A stretch of 37,523 nucleotides of DNA from a virus, in the IMG/VR virus record IMGVR_UViG_3300018080_000344. One strand, 5' to 3'. The notes under the pieces are model-generated. The model was not told the origin of the DNA, did no database searches, and saw only the letters and a list, made by a program, of their open reading frames with translations. Both the position numbers and the translations under genes were made by a program. Below are positions 14,893 to 23,691 of the stretch, piece by piece (position 1 is the first letter of the stretch; every line of letters begins with the position of its first letter).

Positions 14893-15375
14893 TTATGTTA
14901 ACTTTGAATGGCAAATTTTGCAGACCCAAATAACAGAAGTTCTTTGTTCTCTTCCATATCTTGCATGATGAGCTTCTGTATTCCCCTCTTCGCCACAAAT
15001 TTGACAATGAGAAGGTTTAAAAAGTTCACCTTTTTTAACAGCGCGATATATGGCATCATGAGCTTTCTTTTTTTCTGGAAATTTTTCTTTATATTTTTTA
15101 TTAGATTTTCTATGGCTTTCTTTCCCTTTCTCGGAAGCTAACCATCTCTTTTTCCGTTCTGCAATTTTTTCCTTATTTTCCTCATGAAATTTTTTATTCT
15201 GTTCTTTACGTCTTTTAACCCAATCAGGATCAGTTTTACGACGTTTTCTATCCATCTCAAGACGACAAAGTTTGCAAATACTGTTGTATCCATCTTTTGC
15301 TGTCTTGTCTTTATAGAATTCATCATAACTTCTTCCTTTTTTGCATTTTGAACATCTTTTCATATAGTACCTCAT
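14893..15375 (-). CDS. HNH endonuclease (zinc-ribbon N-terminus, K/R-rich linker)
   Basis: CQICGEEGNTEAHHARY...VCKICHSKL. An alternative start at ATG 15363 has a better SD (GAGGT). Confidence 0.75.
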   Translation of the reverse strand: MRYYMKRCSKCKKGRSYDEFYKDKTAKDGYNSICKLCRLEMDRKRRKTDPDWVKRRKEQNKKFHEENKEKIAERKKRWLASEKGKESHRKSNKKYKEKFPEKKKAHDAIYRAVKKGELFKPSHCQICGEEGNTEAHHARYGREQRTSVIWVCKICHSKLT

Positions 15376-15426
15376 TTTTCACTAAAAACGATAATACCAT
15401 ACTACAGATATACATTAAATACAATC

Positions 15427-16368
15427 TTAACTATGGGTAGCCGTTAAGTTTAGCATAAACGCATCGTTTAAAATTCTAGCTACGAAGGGATGCTGCCAAC
15501 CCACTGATCCTCTTTGATGAAGAGGGTCAGCCGATCCACCAGAACCTAGTGGCTCTACATAGAAATCACCAGTTTCTGATTTAAGATGAACTACCGCATA
15601 AGCTTCTTTACCAACAATAATGTTATTATAAACTGCTGGTGTTGCGCTAGAAACGCTACCAACGCTTGTATAAAGCCATCTTACATTACCAGTACTTCCC
15701 CACTCAGAATCAAGTACTGTTTGTTGAGAAGCATAGTTACTAGAGTTAGTAAAGTTAGCAACAGCTTCTAGGTCATCTAATAGATCTGTATCCATGAAAC
15801 CCCAGAATGCTGGTCTTACAGGAGCTGTAGCATAAGCATTAGTTCCTGTTACAACTTCGCTGATCATTTCAGCGTCATTACCAAGTAAAGTCTTAACAGC
15901 AGCGTCAATATCAGCTTTTGTTAATTCTGTTGGTGTGTTACCGTTAATACCATTAGAACACTGTAGTACTGAAGATGTACTTGCTAGTACGTCTCTTGTT
16001 ACTTCGTCCATTGTTTGTGCTAAGTTCTGCGATAATAATCTTGCAGATTCATTTAACACCCTGTCTTCAACTGTAAGCTGAACTTGATTAGTAATTGTTA
16101 CGAAATTACCATAAAAAGATACTCTTGCTTTAATATCTGTAGCCGAAAGAGGTGCTCCAGGAGGAGTACGTCCATCTACTAAAGGAATTGGTACTGTAGA
16201 AAGCTTTGAATATCTTCTAAATACAATGGTATCTCCATTTTTTTCGGGAAGAATTCTACGTTGTGCGAATTTTGTATGAATCAGCGTAGGATACGCTGTC
16301 ATCAATAAAAGCCTGTCGTAATATTCCCGAATCGCTGGAGGTAACACTGCTGTTGTTGTCATTGTCAT
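15427..16368 (-). CDS. Major capsid protein (N4-gp56-like / HK97-fold family)
   Basis: The N-terminus ...AIREYYDRLLL...FAQRR.LPEKNGDTIVFRRY is typical of that family. It follows the scaffold gene. Confidence 0.8.
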   Translation of the reverse strand: MTMTTTAVLPPAIREYYDRLLLMTAYPTLIHTKFAQRRILPEKNGDTIVFRRYSKLSTVPIPLVDGRTPPGAPLSATDIKARVSFYGNFVTITNQVQLTVEDRVLNESARLLSQNLAQTMDEVTRDVLASTSSVLQCSNGINGNTPTELTKADIDAAVKTLLGNDAEMISEVVTGTNAYATAPVRPAFWGFMDTDLLDDLEAVANFTNSSNYASQQTVLDSEWGSTGNVRWLYTSVGSVSSATPAVYNNIIVGKEAYAVVHLKSETGDFYVEPLGSGGSADPLHQRGSVGWQHPFVARILNDAFMLNLTATHS

Positions 16369-16386
16369 AATTGACTCCTAGGTTAG

Positions 16387-17070
16387 TTATCCAAGGTTTT
16401 TTCTTACTTCCTGCATAAAGTCAGCATCAGACATATCCTTATATCGTTTAGCTTGTGAAATAGGAGAAGTTGAGCCCATACTCGATAAGCTTCCTGCCTT
16501 ATTGGCATTCTCAACTATGCGTTGTGCATCAGCGGACTTCTTAATTCTCTTATTTGCTCCTCTATATTCGTCAGAATTTTTAGCCAAATAATAAGCAAGT
16601 TCATAATCCTGTGTTTTTTGCAGTGTGTTTTGTAACCCTGGGTTTTTTTTCAATACATCGGGTAAATATTTTGTGATGACATCTTGATAATCTGGATGCT
16701 TCTGAGCCATTTTAAGTTCTTCAATCGTCATTTGGAATTTGTTAGCCATTCCTGAAGAAAGCTTTTTAAACTCTCCTACTGTCATGACATCTCCATCTTC
16801 TAACCCCTCAAATTCATCTTTTTGTTTTTGAATGGTCTGCGATTGTTTTACTTGAGAAAGGGCTAAGTGGTCCTTTATCATTTTGAGTTCATCTTCCATC
16901 TGCTGTCTTTTCGCTCTTTCAGATTGCAATGCTGTAAGTGGAACATTTTGCTCTTCTGATGTAGCTTGTGTTTCTTGCAGCTGCTCTTCTTGAGCTTGAT
17001 TAGTTTCATTAGATGGTGGAACGGCGGCTTCCAAATTTTGATCGCCCGAAACGGTATTTTCTTCTATCAT
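16387..17070 (-). CDS. Scaffolding protein
   Basis: Acidic, Q/E-rich helical protein lying between portal and capsid. Confidence 0.6.
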   Translation of the reverse strand: MIEENTVSGDQNLEAAVPPSNETNQAQEEQLQETQATSEEQNVPLTALQSERAKRQQMEDELKMIKDHLALSQVKQSQTIQKQKDEFEGLEDGDVMTVGEFKKLSSGMANKFQMTIEELKMAQKHPDYQDVITKYLPDVLKKNPGLQNTLQKTQDYELAYYLAKNSDEYRGANKRIKKSADAQRIVENANKAGSLSSMGSTSPISQAKRYKDMSDADFMQEVRKNLG

Positions 17071-17135
17071 TATGTAGCTCCTTTTTCGCCCTATCTGACC
17101 CTAGTGGTTTAGTTTTTGTGTCAGAGTCGGCGGCA

Positions 17136-17507
17136 CTATTTTGTTATATAAGCTCCTGGAATAGATGTAGTTTCTACGACTACTTCATTACATGGCTTAG
17201 CTCCTACTAATTGTAGGGCATCAAAGTCAAACGGTTTTTGTGGCATATTTACATCCCAAGTAATTGTTCCTTTAGGATTATTTACTTCACCACAAATCAT
17301 TCCTACGCTAGGAGGTGGTTTAACATTGTATGCTTTAATATGTTTCACTAAAGTGGGATAACCATCTACGGCAGTCTTGGACGGTTTAGCAAATACTACA
17401 ATCCAATAAGGATCAATTTTGTCGCTATTTGCAGCTACGATTGCTTGTATTTCTTTGTTGTCGTCTTCAATGATTGCGTCGCGGGTCTCCCCAGTCTCTT
17501 GAACCAT
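17136..17507 (-). CDS. Hypothetical head-module protein
   Basis: AAGGAG SD. Confidence 0.5.
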   Translation of the reverse strand: MVQETGETRDAIIEDDNKEIQAIVAANSDKIDPYWIVVFAKPSKTAVDGYPTLVKHIKAYNVKPPPSVGMICGEVNNPKGTITWDVNMPQKPFDFDALQLVGAKPCNEVVVETTSIPGAYITK

Positions 17508-17518
17508 AAATTATCTCC

Positions 17519-17728
17519 TTAATATCCGTATTTATCACCCTGAACAGCTTCAGCTGGATAGCCTTTTGTGCCGTCAGTGTAATATTTGCATTTTCCCATA
17601 TCATATTTTTGAGACATTGTATTAATGCCTTTAACTGGGCTTGCTTGAGTATTGTCTTTAAGATTAAATCCTTTGCCATAATTAGGCTTGGATCCCATCT
17701 TCTCTTGCATTTTATCTATATCTTTCAT
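17519..17728 (-). CDS. Hypothetical small protein
   Basis: GGAGG SD. The overlapping track ORF 17467..17679 is rejected. Confidence 0.5.
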   Translation of the reverse strand: MKDIDKMQEKMGSKPNYGKGFNLKDNTQASPVKGINTMSQKYDMGKCKYYTDGTKGYPAEAVQGDKYGY

Positions 17729-17743
17729 TTAAACCTCCGAAGG

Positions 17744-19816
17744 TTACTGTTGGAATCCACTGGGTGCAGCTGCTGGCACCTGAGTAGTTTGATTTTGAGG
17801 AAAAGCCGAGTTCATTTGTTCTGATGAAGCTGTTATAGCTATATCTTCTGCTTTATTCTCTTCCTCTTTAACTTTATTAATTGAGTCCATCATTTGAACT
17901 ATTTGCATATATTTCATTAATCTATCATCATTCATTGACTCTAGTTCTTTCATTGTTTTAGCTCTGTCCAATGATGCCTGAGCGCGGTTTTGTATAGCTT
18001 CTGAGTTTCTTTCTTCTTGAAGGCCCATATTAGCTACAGATCTAGTGAAATCTTCTTTAGCGCTTGCAATATTTTTGATTGAGTTTGATTTATTTAGTTC
18101 AAGCTGTGAATTTAATACTTCTTGTTCTACTTGCTGTTGCTTTTGCATTATTTGCGATTGTTGCTGTTCCATTTGAGCAATTTGTTGATTAAACTCTGTT
18201 TTTCCTTGGAGTGGAGCTGCATCTGCAAGCATCTCTCCTGTTACTGGAACGCCAAGTTGTTTCAAATCAACTAGCTGTCTAAAATATATTTGACGTTGAG
18301 TATCTGTTAATACACCTTCTTGAACTGTAATATCATATTTGATGAAGTCCTGGTCATAAAACTGCTGAGTCGGCTTTTGATTAATAATTCTCTCTATTTT
18401 TTCTGGCTTCCATGTTTGTATTAACTTTAATGCTTTTTTAGATATTAATTTTTGCGAAAAGCGGAGGTTATCAAAAATATCCTGTAGATTAACTATAGAT
18501 GCTCCTTGTCTAAGCATCATCATAATACCAGATTCTTGAGCATTTTCTGTCATTCCAAAAGCTGCATCATTAACACCTGTAATTGTCATTATATCTTGAT
18601 CAAATTGTTTTTGAAGCTCGAACATTCCTTGTGGTATTTGAGATGGTTGAATTTTTTCTATATCACCTGGTTGTGTATCTTCTTCTTTCCAAATAACTTT
18701 TCCTTGTGAAGACTGAAACAAAGAACGTGGATTAACAACGGAAGATTTTTTAGCAATCCATCCAGAATTAATACTAGAATCTAAGATATCTATCATCTGA
18801 GAGCGCCTTCTATTAGCCTCTCTTTGAGGATCTATTTGACACCTTACAAGAGACTGCATTTTAAGTTCCCAATGCTCAGATTCAGGCTCAAAAAGACCAA
18901 CTAAGGGAACAAATGGATACTCATTTAGACCATATTGATTCTTTTCAGTTCTCATTAAGTGATCATTTAGAATAATATTACATTCAACAAATTTCTTAGG
19001 GCGCTTTACAACTTCTAATTGAGGATAATTTTGTAAAAAGAATCTTAACCCTTCTTTATCTCCCTTCCATTCCGTATATTCACCAGTTTCTTGGTCTACT
19101 ATTACATCGACATTCTCCCATCCCTGTTTATAATATTCATTATAAGCGATGAAATCTTGTCCGTTTGGTTGAGTTTGGTAAGGAAGCCATGTAAATTTAT
19201 CGTCTCTAGACCATCCTTGCTTTGCTAGCATATATACGTCTTTTTCTTGGCCTGGCAATAAGGAAGCAGCTTGTGCTGGAGAAAGGTACTTACGTTTAAT
19301 TACATATGAACAATCTGAGAAATCTAGCTGGGTGAAATAAGGATCGACGATAAAGCCATTGTATGGCTCCCTACCAAATTTAATATCTCCATTTATTGGA
19401 TCATCTCTATAATCCATCCAAATGTCTAATAAATTAAAACCTGTTTTTAAAGCACCACCAAAAGCTTCAGATATGAATTTATATCCTTCGCCATAATTAA
19501 GTGCATAAAGTAATAATTGTGATAATTGATCAGCGGACGCTTGATCAGATGTTTCTTGAGGAACCACAACAGAGCTAAGCCTGTGTTTTCTTTGATATCC
19601 TGTAAGTAAATTAATGTTTCTTCTGATTAGGTTAAATGAATAAGCGTTTCTTCCCTCTTCATATAACTTTTGTTTCTCTTGGTTATCCCATTGATCGCCT
19701 AAAAAGAATCTCAAATCCCTATTAGCCATAGGATAATATGGATTCCATGCTAAATATGCAGATTCGTAATTATCATTATATTCACGAACAATAGCATTAT
19801 CTGTACTCTTTGTCAT
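17744..19816 (-). CDS. Portal protein
   Basis: 690 aa, positioned downstream of terminase and upstream of scaffold and capsid. It has a Q-rich helical C-terminus. Confidence 0.8.
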   Translation of the reverse strand: MTKSTDNAIVREYNDNYESAYLAWNPYYPMANRDLRFFLGDQWDNQEKQKLYEEGRNAYSFNLIRRNINLLTGYQRKHRLSSVVVPQETSDQASADQLSQLLLYALNYGEGYKFISEAFGGALKTGFNLLDIWMDYRDDPINGDIKFGREPYNGFIVDPYFTQLDFSDCSYVIKRKYLSPAQAASLLPGQEKDVYMLAKQGWSRDDKFTWLPYQTQPNGQDFIAYNEYYKQGWENVDVIVDQETGEYTEWKGDKEGLRFFLQNYPQLEVVKRPKKFVECNIILNDHLMRTEKNQYGLNEYPFVPLVGLFEPESEHWELKMQSLVRCQIDPQREANRRRSQMIDILDSSINSGWIAKKSSVVNPRSLFQSSQGKVIWKEEDTQPGDIEKIQPSQIPQGMFELQKQFDQDIMTITGVNDAAFGMTENAQESGIMMMLRQGASIVNLQDIFDNLRFSQKLISKKALKLIQTWKPEKIERIINQKPTQQFYDQDFIKYDITVQEGVLTDTQRQIYFRQLVDLKQLGVPVTGEMLADAAPLQGKTEFNQQIAQMEQQQSQIMQKQQQVEQEVLNSQLELNKSNSIKNIASAKEDFTRSVANMGLQEERNSEAIQNRAQASLDRAKTMKELESMNDDRLMKYMQIVQMMDSINKVKEEENKAEDIAITASSEQMNSAFPQNQTTQVPAAAPSGFQQ

Positions 19817-19872
19817 GTATTCCTCACGTGTAGATGACTCAACTCTTTCGAGTGTGGTTCTGAGTCTTTCAA
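19817..19872 (-). promoter_or_regulatory. Leader element, copy P
   Basis: Minus sense reads TTGAAAGACTCAGAACCACACTCGAAAGAGTTGAGTCATCTACACGTGAGGAATACATG. The stem is GACUCA/UGAGUC, with an inner ACUC-GAAA-GAGU hairpin. Confidence 0.5.
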
Positions 19873-19941
19873 GTAGAAAGTATTAGAGATCTATAAATCT
19901 CCGTAATGGCAACTATAGATTCACTTTAGTTTTTTATAAGA

Positions 19942-20139
19942 TTATTCCGTTCCCTGATTAATATAAGATTGTCTCTCTTCCCCAGTCAATGGAGTAAGAT
20001 CAATATTTTTACCAGTCTTTTCTTTTATTAAATCTTCAAAGACTTCTTCTGCATAATTATCTGGAAACTCTTCTTGCCATTTAGAAACATGAGAACAGCT
20101 ATAAAGTAATATTAGTAGCGGTATAAAAAATTTATTCAT
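19942..20139 (-). CDS. Small lipoprotein
   Basis: MNKFFIPLLILLYS|C matches a lipobox. The mature part is acidic. Confidence 0.65.
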   Translation of the reverse strand: MNKFFIPLLILLYSCSHVSKWQEEFPDNYAEEVFEDLIKEKTGKNIDLTPLTGEERQSYINQGTE

Positions 20140-20188
20140 ATTTCCTTCCTACCTCTTTACTTTATTATAATTAAAATATTAGTTATTA

Positions 20189-21448
20189 TCAATAAATATT
20201 TTTAGAATATAAACGTTCTAGTTTTTCTGCATCATCTGCTGTAAATTCTGGTCTTAGATTTTTATTAAAGAAGCAAGTTACTAAGGCATAACGAATTGAG
20301 TCGAGGCAATGGTCGAATTTCTTAAGCGGCTTGTCAAACCCCTTTTCAGACGCCTTAGAATCCCAAAGATAATTACTAAATTCTTTTATTGTTTCATTAC
20401 AATTAGAACATATCTTCAATGTTCCGTTAGTAAGTAATTGACTAACAAATCTTATACCAGGAACAACGTCATTAACAGCATCGACAACATTATAAATGCT
20501 ATTTCTACGTAGTTCTTGTTTAAATGAAGCAGCAGATGGATCAATATAGATTTTCTTTACATTATAACCCTTAATAAATTCAATCATATCAAGTGCATAA
20601 TCATAATCAGATTTTTGTCTTAATTCCTTTTTAGAATCAAAATAATATTCTTTTTCTAACCACATATTTGGATATACACCAGGATTATAGCCAATAAGCG
20701 TAAAAACACATGGATTAGTAGTGCCGTAATCAACACCAACGATATAATAATTAGCGGGGGCAGGAGGCATTTGAATAGTATGAATGTCTTCGTCGAAAAA
20801 GTCATAAACAGCTCCATCTGCTTGTACCCATTTACCTTCGATATATCTCTTATACCAAAGTCCTTGATATTCTGCAGATAAGTCTGATATATATTTATCT
20901 GTTAAAGTAGGATTATCGTGTATACTATAAGAAAACACCTTCAGGTCTAATTCATTTCTTCGATCCATAAAATCAGTTTTTAGCCAATGATAGGGAGAAT
21001 CGGGGTTAGTAGAACAAAATAACTTTGATTCTGGTATAGAAAGTCTTGATAAAAGCATTTTAAAAAAATTCTCAGGAATAAGAGTAGCTTCATCGATTAA
21101 AGCACCAGCGAATTCAGACCCCCTGATTTTAGCTTCAGCACGGTCGTCGTTAGCTCCTACTACATACATAGTTCTATTATAAAGGTTTACTTCTCCCTTC
21201 CCAATTGAATACTGAACGGCGCTACCAACTAAATCTTGAAGAGGAGAAATAATGTTTCTTTTAATTGTCTTGTCTGTTCTTCCACATATGATTAACGGAC
21301 CCTTTGGGCCAGTTCTACAAAAATCTAACCATCTCAAGAGAGCTATAAAAGATTTACCAGCCCTTACAGGCCCTTCAAATATGTTGATACGAGAGTCAGA
21401 CCTTTGATAAGAGGCAAGTTGTTTATCGCTTAAGCTCGTTAATTCCAT
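20189..21448 (-). CDS. terL: Terminase large subunit
   Basis: Walker A motif GPVRAGKS, a later nuclease-type acidic region, 419 aa. Confidence 0.9.
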   Translation of the reverse strand: MELTSLSDKQLASYQRSDSRINIFEGPVRAGKSFIALLRWLDFCRTGPKGPLIICGRTDKTIKRNIISPLQDLVGSAVQYSIGKGEVNLYNRTMYVVGANDDRAEAKIRGSEFAGALIDEATLIPENFFKMLLSRLSIPESKLFCSTNPDSPYHWLKTDFMDRRNELDLKVFSYSIHDNPTLTDKYISDLSAEYQGLWYKRYIEGKWVQADGAVYDFFDEDIHTIQMPPAPANYYIVGVDYGTTNPCVFTLIGYNPGVYPNMWLEKEYYFDSKKELRQKSDYDYALDMIEFIKGYNVKKIYIDPSAASFKQELRRNSIYNVVDAVNDVVPGIRFVSQLLTNGTLKICSNCNETIKEFSNYLWDSKASEKGFDKPLKKFDHCLDSIRYALVTCFFNKNLRPEFTADDAEKLERLYSKNIY

Positions 21449-21454
21449 AAAATA

Positions 21455-21760
21455 TTATATATTTGTTTCATATTTTATTATTGGGATACCATGTTCTAAA
21501 GCAAGACAAATAATAGCCTCTTCAAATGAAAATTTATGAAAAATTTTTATAAAATCGATAATATTACCAGTTTTATCGCAATTAAAACAAAAAAATCTTT
21601 GATGAAAAGAACTGATTACAAAACCCTTTTCTTGACAAAAAGGACAGGTAAAAGTTTCTGACACAGAAACCTGATCTTCTTCTAAAAAAGTATTTATTAT
21701 TTTTACTAAATCGCTTATTTCTAGAATTTTGTTTATAAAATTCTTATCGTAGACGTACAT
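21455..21760 (-). CDS. Stand-alone DnaG-type CHC2 zinc-finger protein
   Basis: CPFCQEKG...FFCFNCDKTGNIIDFI...SFEEAI matches the primase Zn-binding domain. No TOPRIM or catalytic part is present. Confidence 0.65.
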   Translation of the reverse strand: MYVYDKNFINKILEISDLVKIINTFLEEDQVSVSETFTCPFCQEKGFVISSFHQRFFCFNCDKTGNIIDFIKIFHKFSFEEAIICLALEHGIPIIKYETNI

Positions 21761-21953
21761 TTTTGATTCCTATAATTTTAGAATCTCCTATTTTACCTTT
21801 ATCATTTAAAATTATCTATTAGAAATTGAAGAACTTTTTCCGATTTTTTTAGGATAATTAATAAACATTTCTTAAAAAGAATATTATCTTTAAATGTTAC
21901 ATATACATTCAATCCTAGTAAACAGTTCCACATGAATTTTATTAGTGTTTTCA

Positions 21954-22403
21954 TTAAAGTTTATCATTTAACAAAAAATCCAACATCCATTTGTTTATAG
22001 CTTGAGAGTCTTCACTCATTATCTTACTAACAAGGTCTTCAAGTATATTGGCTGGTTTTTCGAAATCATCCTCATTTTCTTCTTTATAATGTTCCTTAAG
22101 ATCTAAATAATTTTGATACCAACTCTCTGGTTCGGTAACAAATAGAAATTGGTTCTTTTTGATGTTATGATAAAGTATAAAGAAGGTTTCTTCTATTCCA
22201 TCTAATTTATCTGAATATTTTTTTAAACCGTCATTCAGCGTTTTTCTCATTTTGCCAAATTCTAGTGATTTAGATTTCATTTCGTTAACAGCTTTGTTAA
22301 TCCTTTTTTCACATGCATTGATCTTTCTAATTGATTTCATAAAAATATTAGATAGGCAATCTTCTAGGTTTTTAACAGTGATCAAAGATTCGTTCTTTTC
22401 CAC
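21954..22403 (-). CDS. Hypothetical protein
   Basis: ORF only. Confidence 0.45.
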   Translation of the reverse strand: MEKNESLITVKNLEDCLSNIFMKSIRKINACEKRINKAVNEMKSKSLEFGKMRKTLNDGLKKYSDKLDGIEETFFILYHNIKKNQFLFVTEPESWYQNYLDLKEHYKEENEDDFEKPANILEDLVSKIMSEDSQAINKWMLDFLLNDKL

Positions 22404-22641
22404 AACTTTTCTCCTTTTTAAACTTTTTCTCTTCCTTTTCTATTTTTTTTAGCTCTTTTTCAATCAATTTTTCCATTTTTTTAACTTCACGATGAAGCTT
22501 CCATTCTTTATATAAATTCCTTTCTAATCTAAGAAAATCTATCGAACTATTTGTTAACCAAGCGGTTTCATCATAAACAAGTTTAATGGCAACGAGACCT
22601 ATTATTAATAAAAAAAAGGAGTAAATATATAAAATCAACAT
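22372..22641 (-). CDS. Membrane protein (N-terminal TM plus a K/E-rich helix)
   Basis: MLILYIYSFFLLIIGLVAIKLVY. Confidence 0.45.
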   Translation of the reverse strand: MLILYIYSFFLLIIGLVAIKLVYDETAWLTNSSIDFLRLERNLYKEWKLHREVKKMEKLIEKELKKIEKEEKKFKKEKSCGKERIFDHC

Positions 22642-23081
22642 TTGATGCCTTCTTCTATTTTCGGTTTTTTTATCTCCTCTTTCTTAGATAGCTCAACTAA
22701 AGATTCAAAATCCTCTGAGCTCTTAATTAAATGCATTACAGACAAAAGATTTGATAAAGTTCCATTAAACTCTTGTTTTTCTCTAGGCTGATCAGACTGT
22801 CCGAGTCTTTGTTTACCAAGCCAGACTAATAGAGTGGTATTACCATCCATTGCCACCTGATATTGCTTAGCATGGAGCATCGAATCTCCTTTTTGTCTCA
22901 ACTTAGCGGCATAAGTGGCAAAAGTTGTCTTTTTTTCTGATTGACACCTTCTATTCAAAGTATCGAAACTAATACCTACCGCTGCTGCTGATTGAGCTCC
23001 AGAACAACCAGACATTAAGAATTTATCTAGCCTATCCCAATCAAACTCTATTTTCTTTCTTCCCATCGCTTTCTTCGTCAT
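22635..23081 (-). CDS. terS: Terminase small subunit-like HTH protein
   Basis: ...MSGCSGAQSAAAVGISFDTLNRR... is an HTH, and ...TLLVWLGKQRLGQSD is typical of this terS family. It is coupled by TAATG to the ParB-like gene. Confidence 0.6.
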   Translation of the reverse strand: MTKKAMGRKKIEFDWDRLDKFLMSGCSGAQSAAAVGISFDTLNRRCQSEKKTTFATYAAKLRQKGDSMLHAKQYQVAMDGNTTLLVWLGKQRLGQSDQPREKQEFNGTLSNLLSVMHLIKSSEDFESLVELSKKEEIKKPKIEEGIKC

Positions 23082-23605
23082 TAACTACACCTCACTTTCA
23101 TAGTAGCCGCTGGGAAAAGGTCTATCACAGGTTGAAGATTTTTTTCGACATGACGCAAATCATCCTCATTGTCAAACTTTATATTGATAGAAAATATCTT
23201 TGGTTTTTCTTTTGGTATGATCTCTGTGTGAAGCTCTTCTTCTGTGAAACCTGAACTCATTAGAACGTCAGGTTCCCAACGGTTAGCGAGCATATCAAAA
23301 TCGAACTCCCCGCTAACCTTATTAAGAGTAATTGTTAACTCTCTGAACTCTCTTTCTGAAAGAGTTCTGGAAGGTATCGCGACAAAAACTTGATCATAAC
23401 CGAGAGATCTGAGCGTCTTGAGACGTTGATGTCCTCCGATGACACTGCCATCTGGCTGGATAACGACTGGTTGACATAAACCGAACTTTCCAAGCGAGTT
23501 TTTAAGCTCTTCCCCTCTTTTCTTAGAGAGCCTACGCGGGTTGTCTTTGTTTTCAATGAGCTCATCAATATTCCTCTTTGAATATTTCCATGAAATTTCT
23601 TTCAT
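23081..23605 (-). CDS. ParB N-terminal-domain (sulfiredoxin-like) nuclease-like protein
   Basis: ...NPRRLSKKRGEELKNSLGKFGLCQPVVIQPDGSVIGGHQR.... Confidence 0.8.
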   Translation of the reverse strand: MKEISWKYSKRNIDELIENKDNPRRLSKKRGEELKNSLGKFGLCQPVVIQPDGSVIGGHQRLKTLRSLGYDQVFVAIPSRTLSEREFRELTITLNKVSGEFDFDMLANRWEPDVLMSSGFTEEELHTEIIPKEKPKIFSINIKFDNEDDLRHVEKNLQPVIDLFPAATMKVRCS

Positions 23606-23640
23606 ATAAAACCTGTGGTTCTGAGAGGTTTTCCTCTAGG
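23606..23640 (-). promoter_or_regulatory. Leader element, copy PB (stem-loop only)
   Basis: Minus sense reads CCTAGAGGAAAACCTCTCAGAACCACAGGTTTTATATG. The stem is AAAACCU/AGGUUUU and the loop is CUCAGAACCAC. Confidence 0.4.
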
Positions 23641-23691
23641 CTTTTCTTTTTTGTTATTTCTTTTCTTCTTTCTTTTCTAATTTCTAATTGT

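Noticed and set aside
19876-19941. Hairpin GAGAT-ttatag-ATCTC as a terminator after the lipoprotein gene, and a sigma70 promoter for the portal
   Set aside because: The stem is only 5 bp and A/T-rich with no U tract. Candidate hexamers (TTGCCA ... TCTAAT) have a 19-nt spacer. The evidence is too weak to report as a feature.
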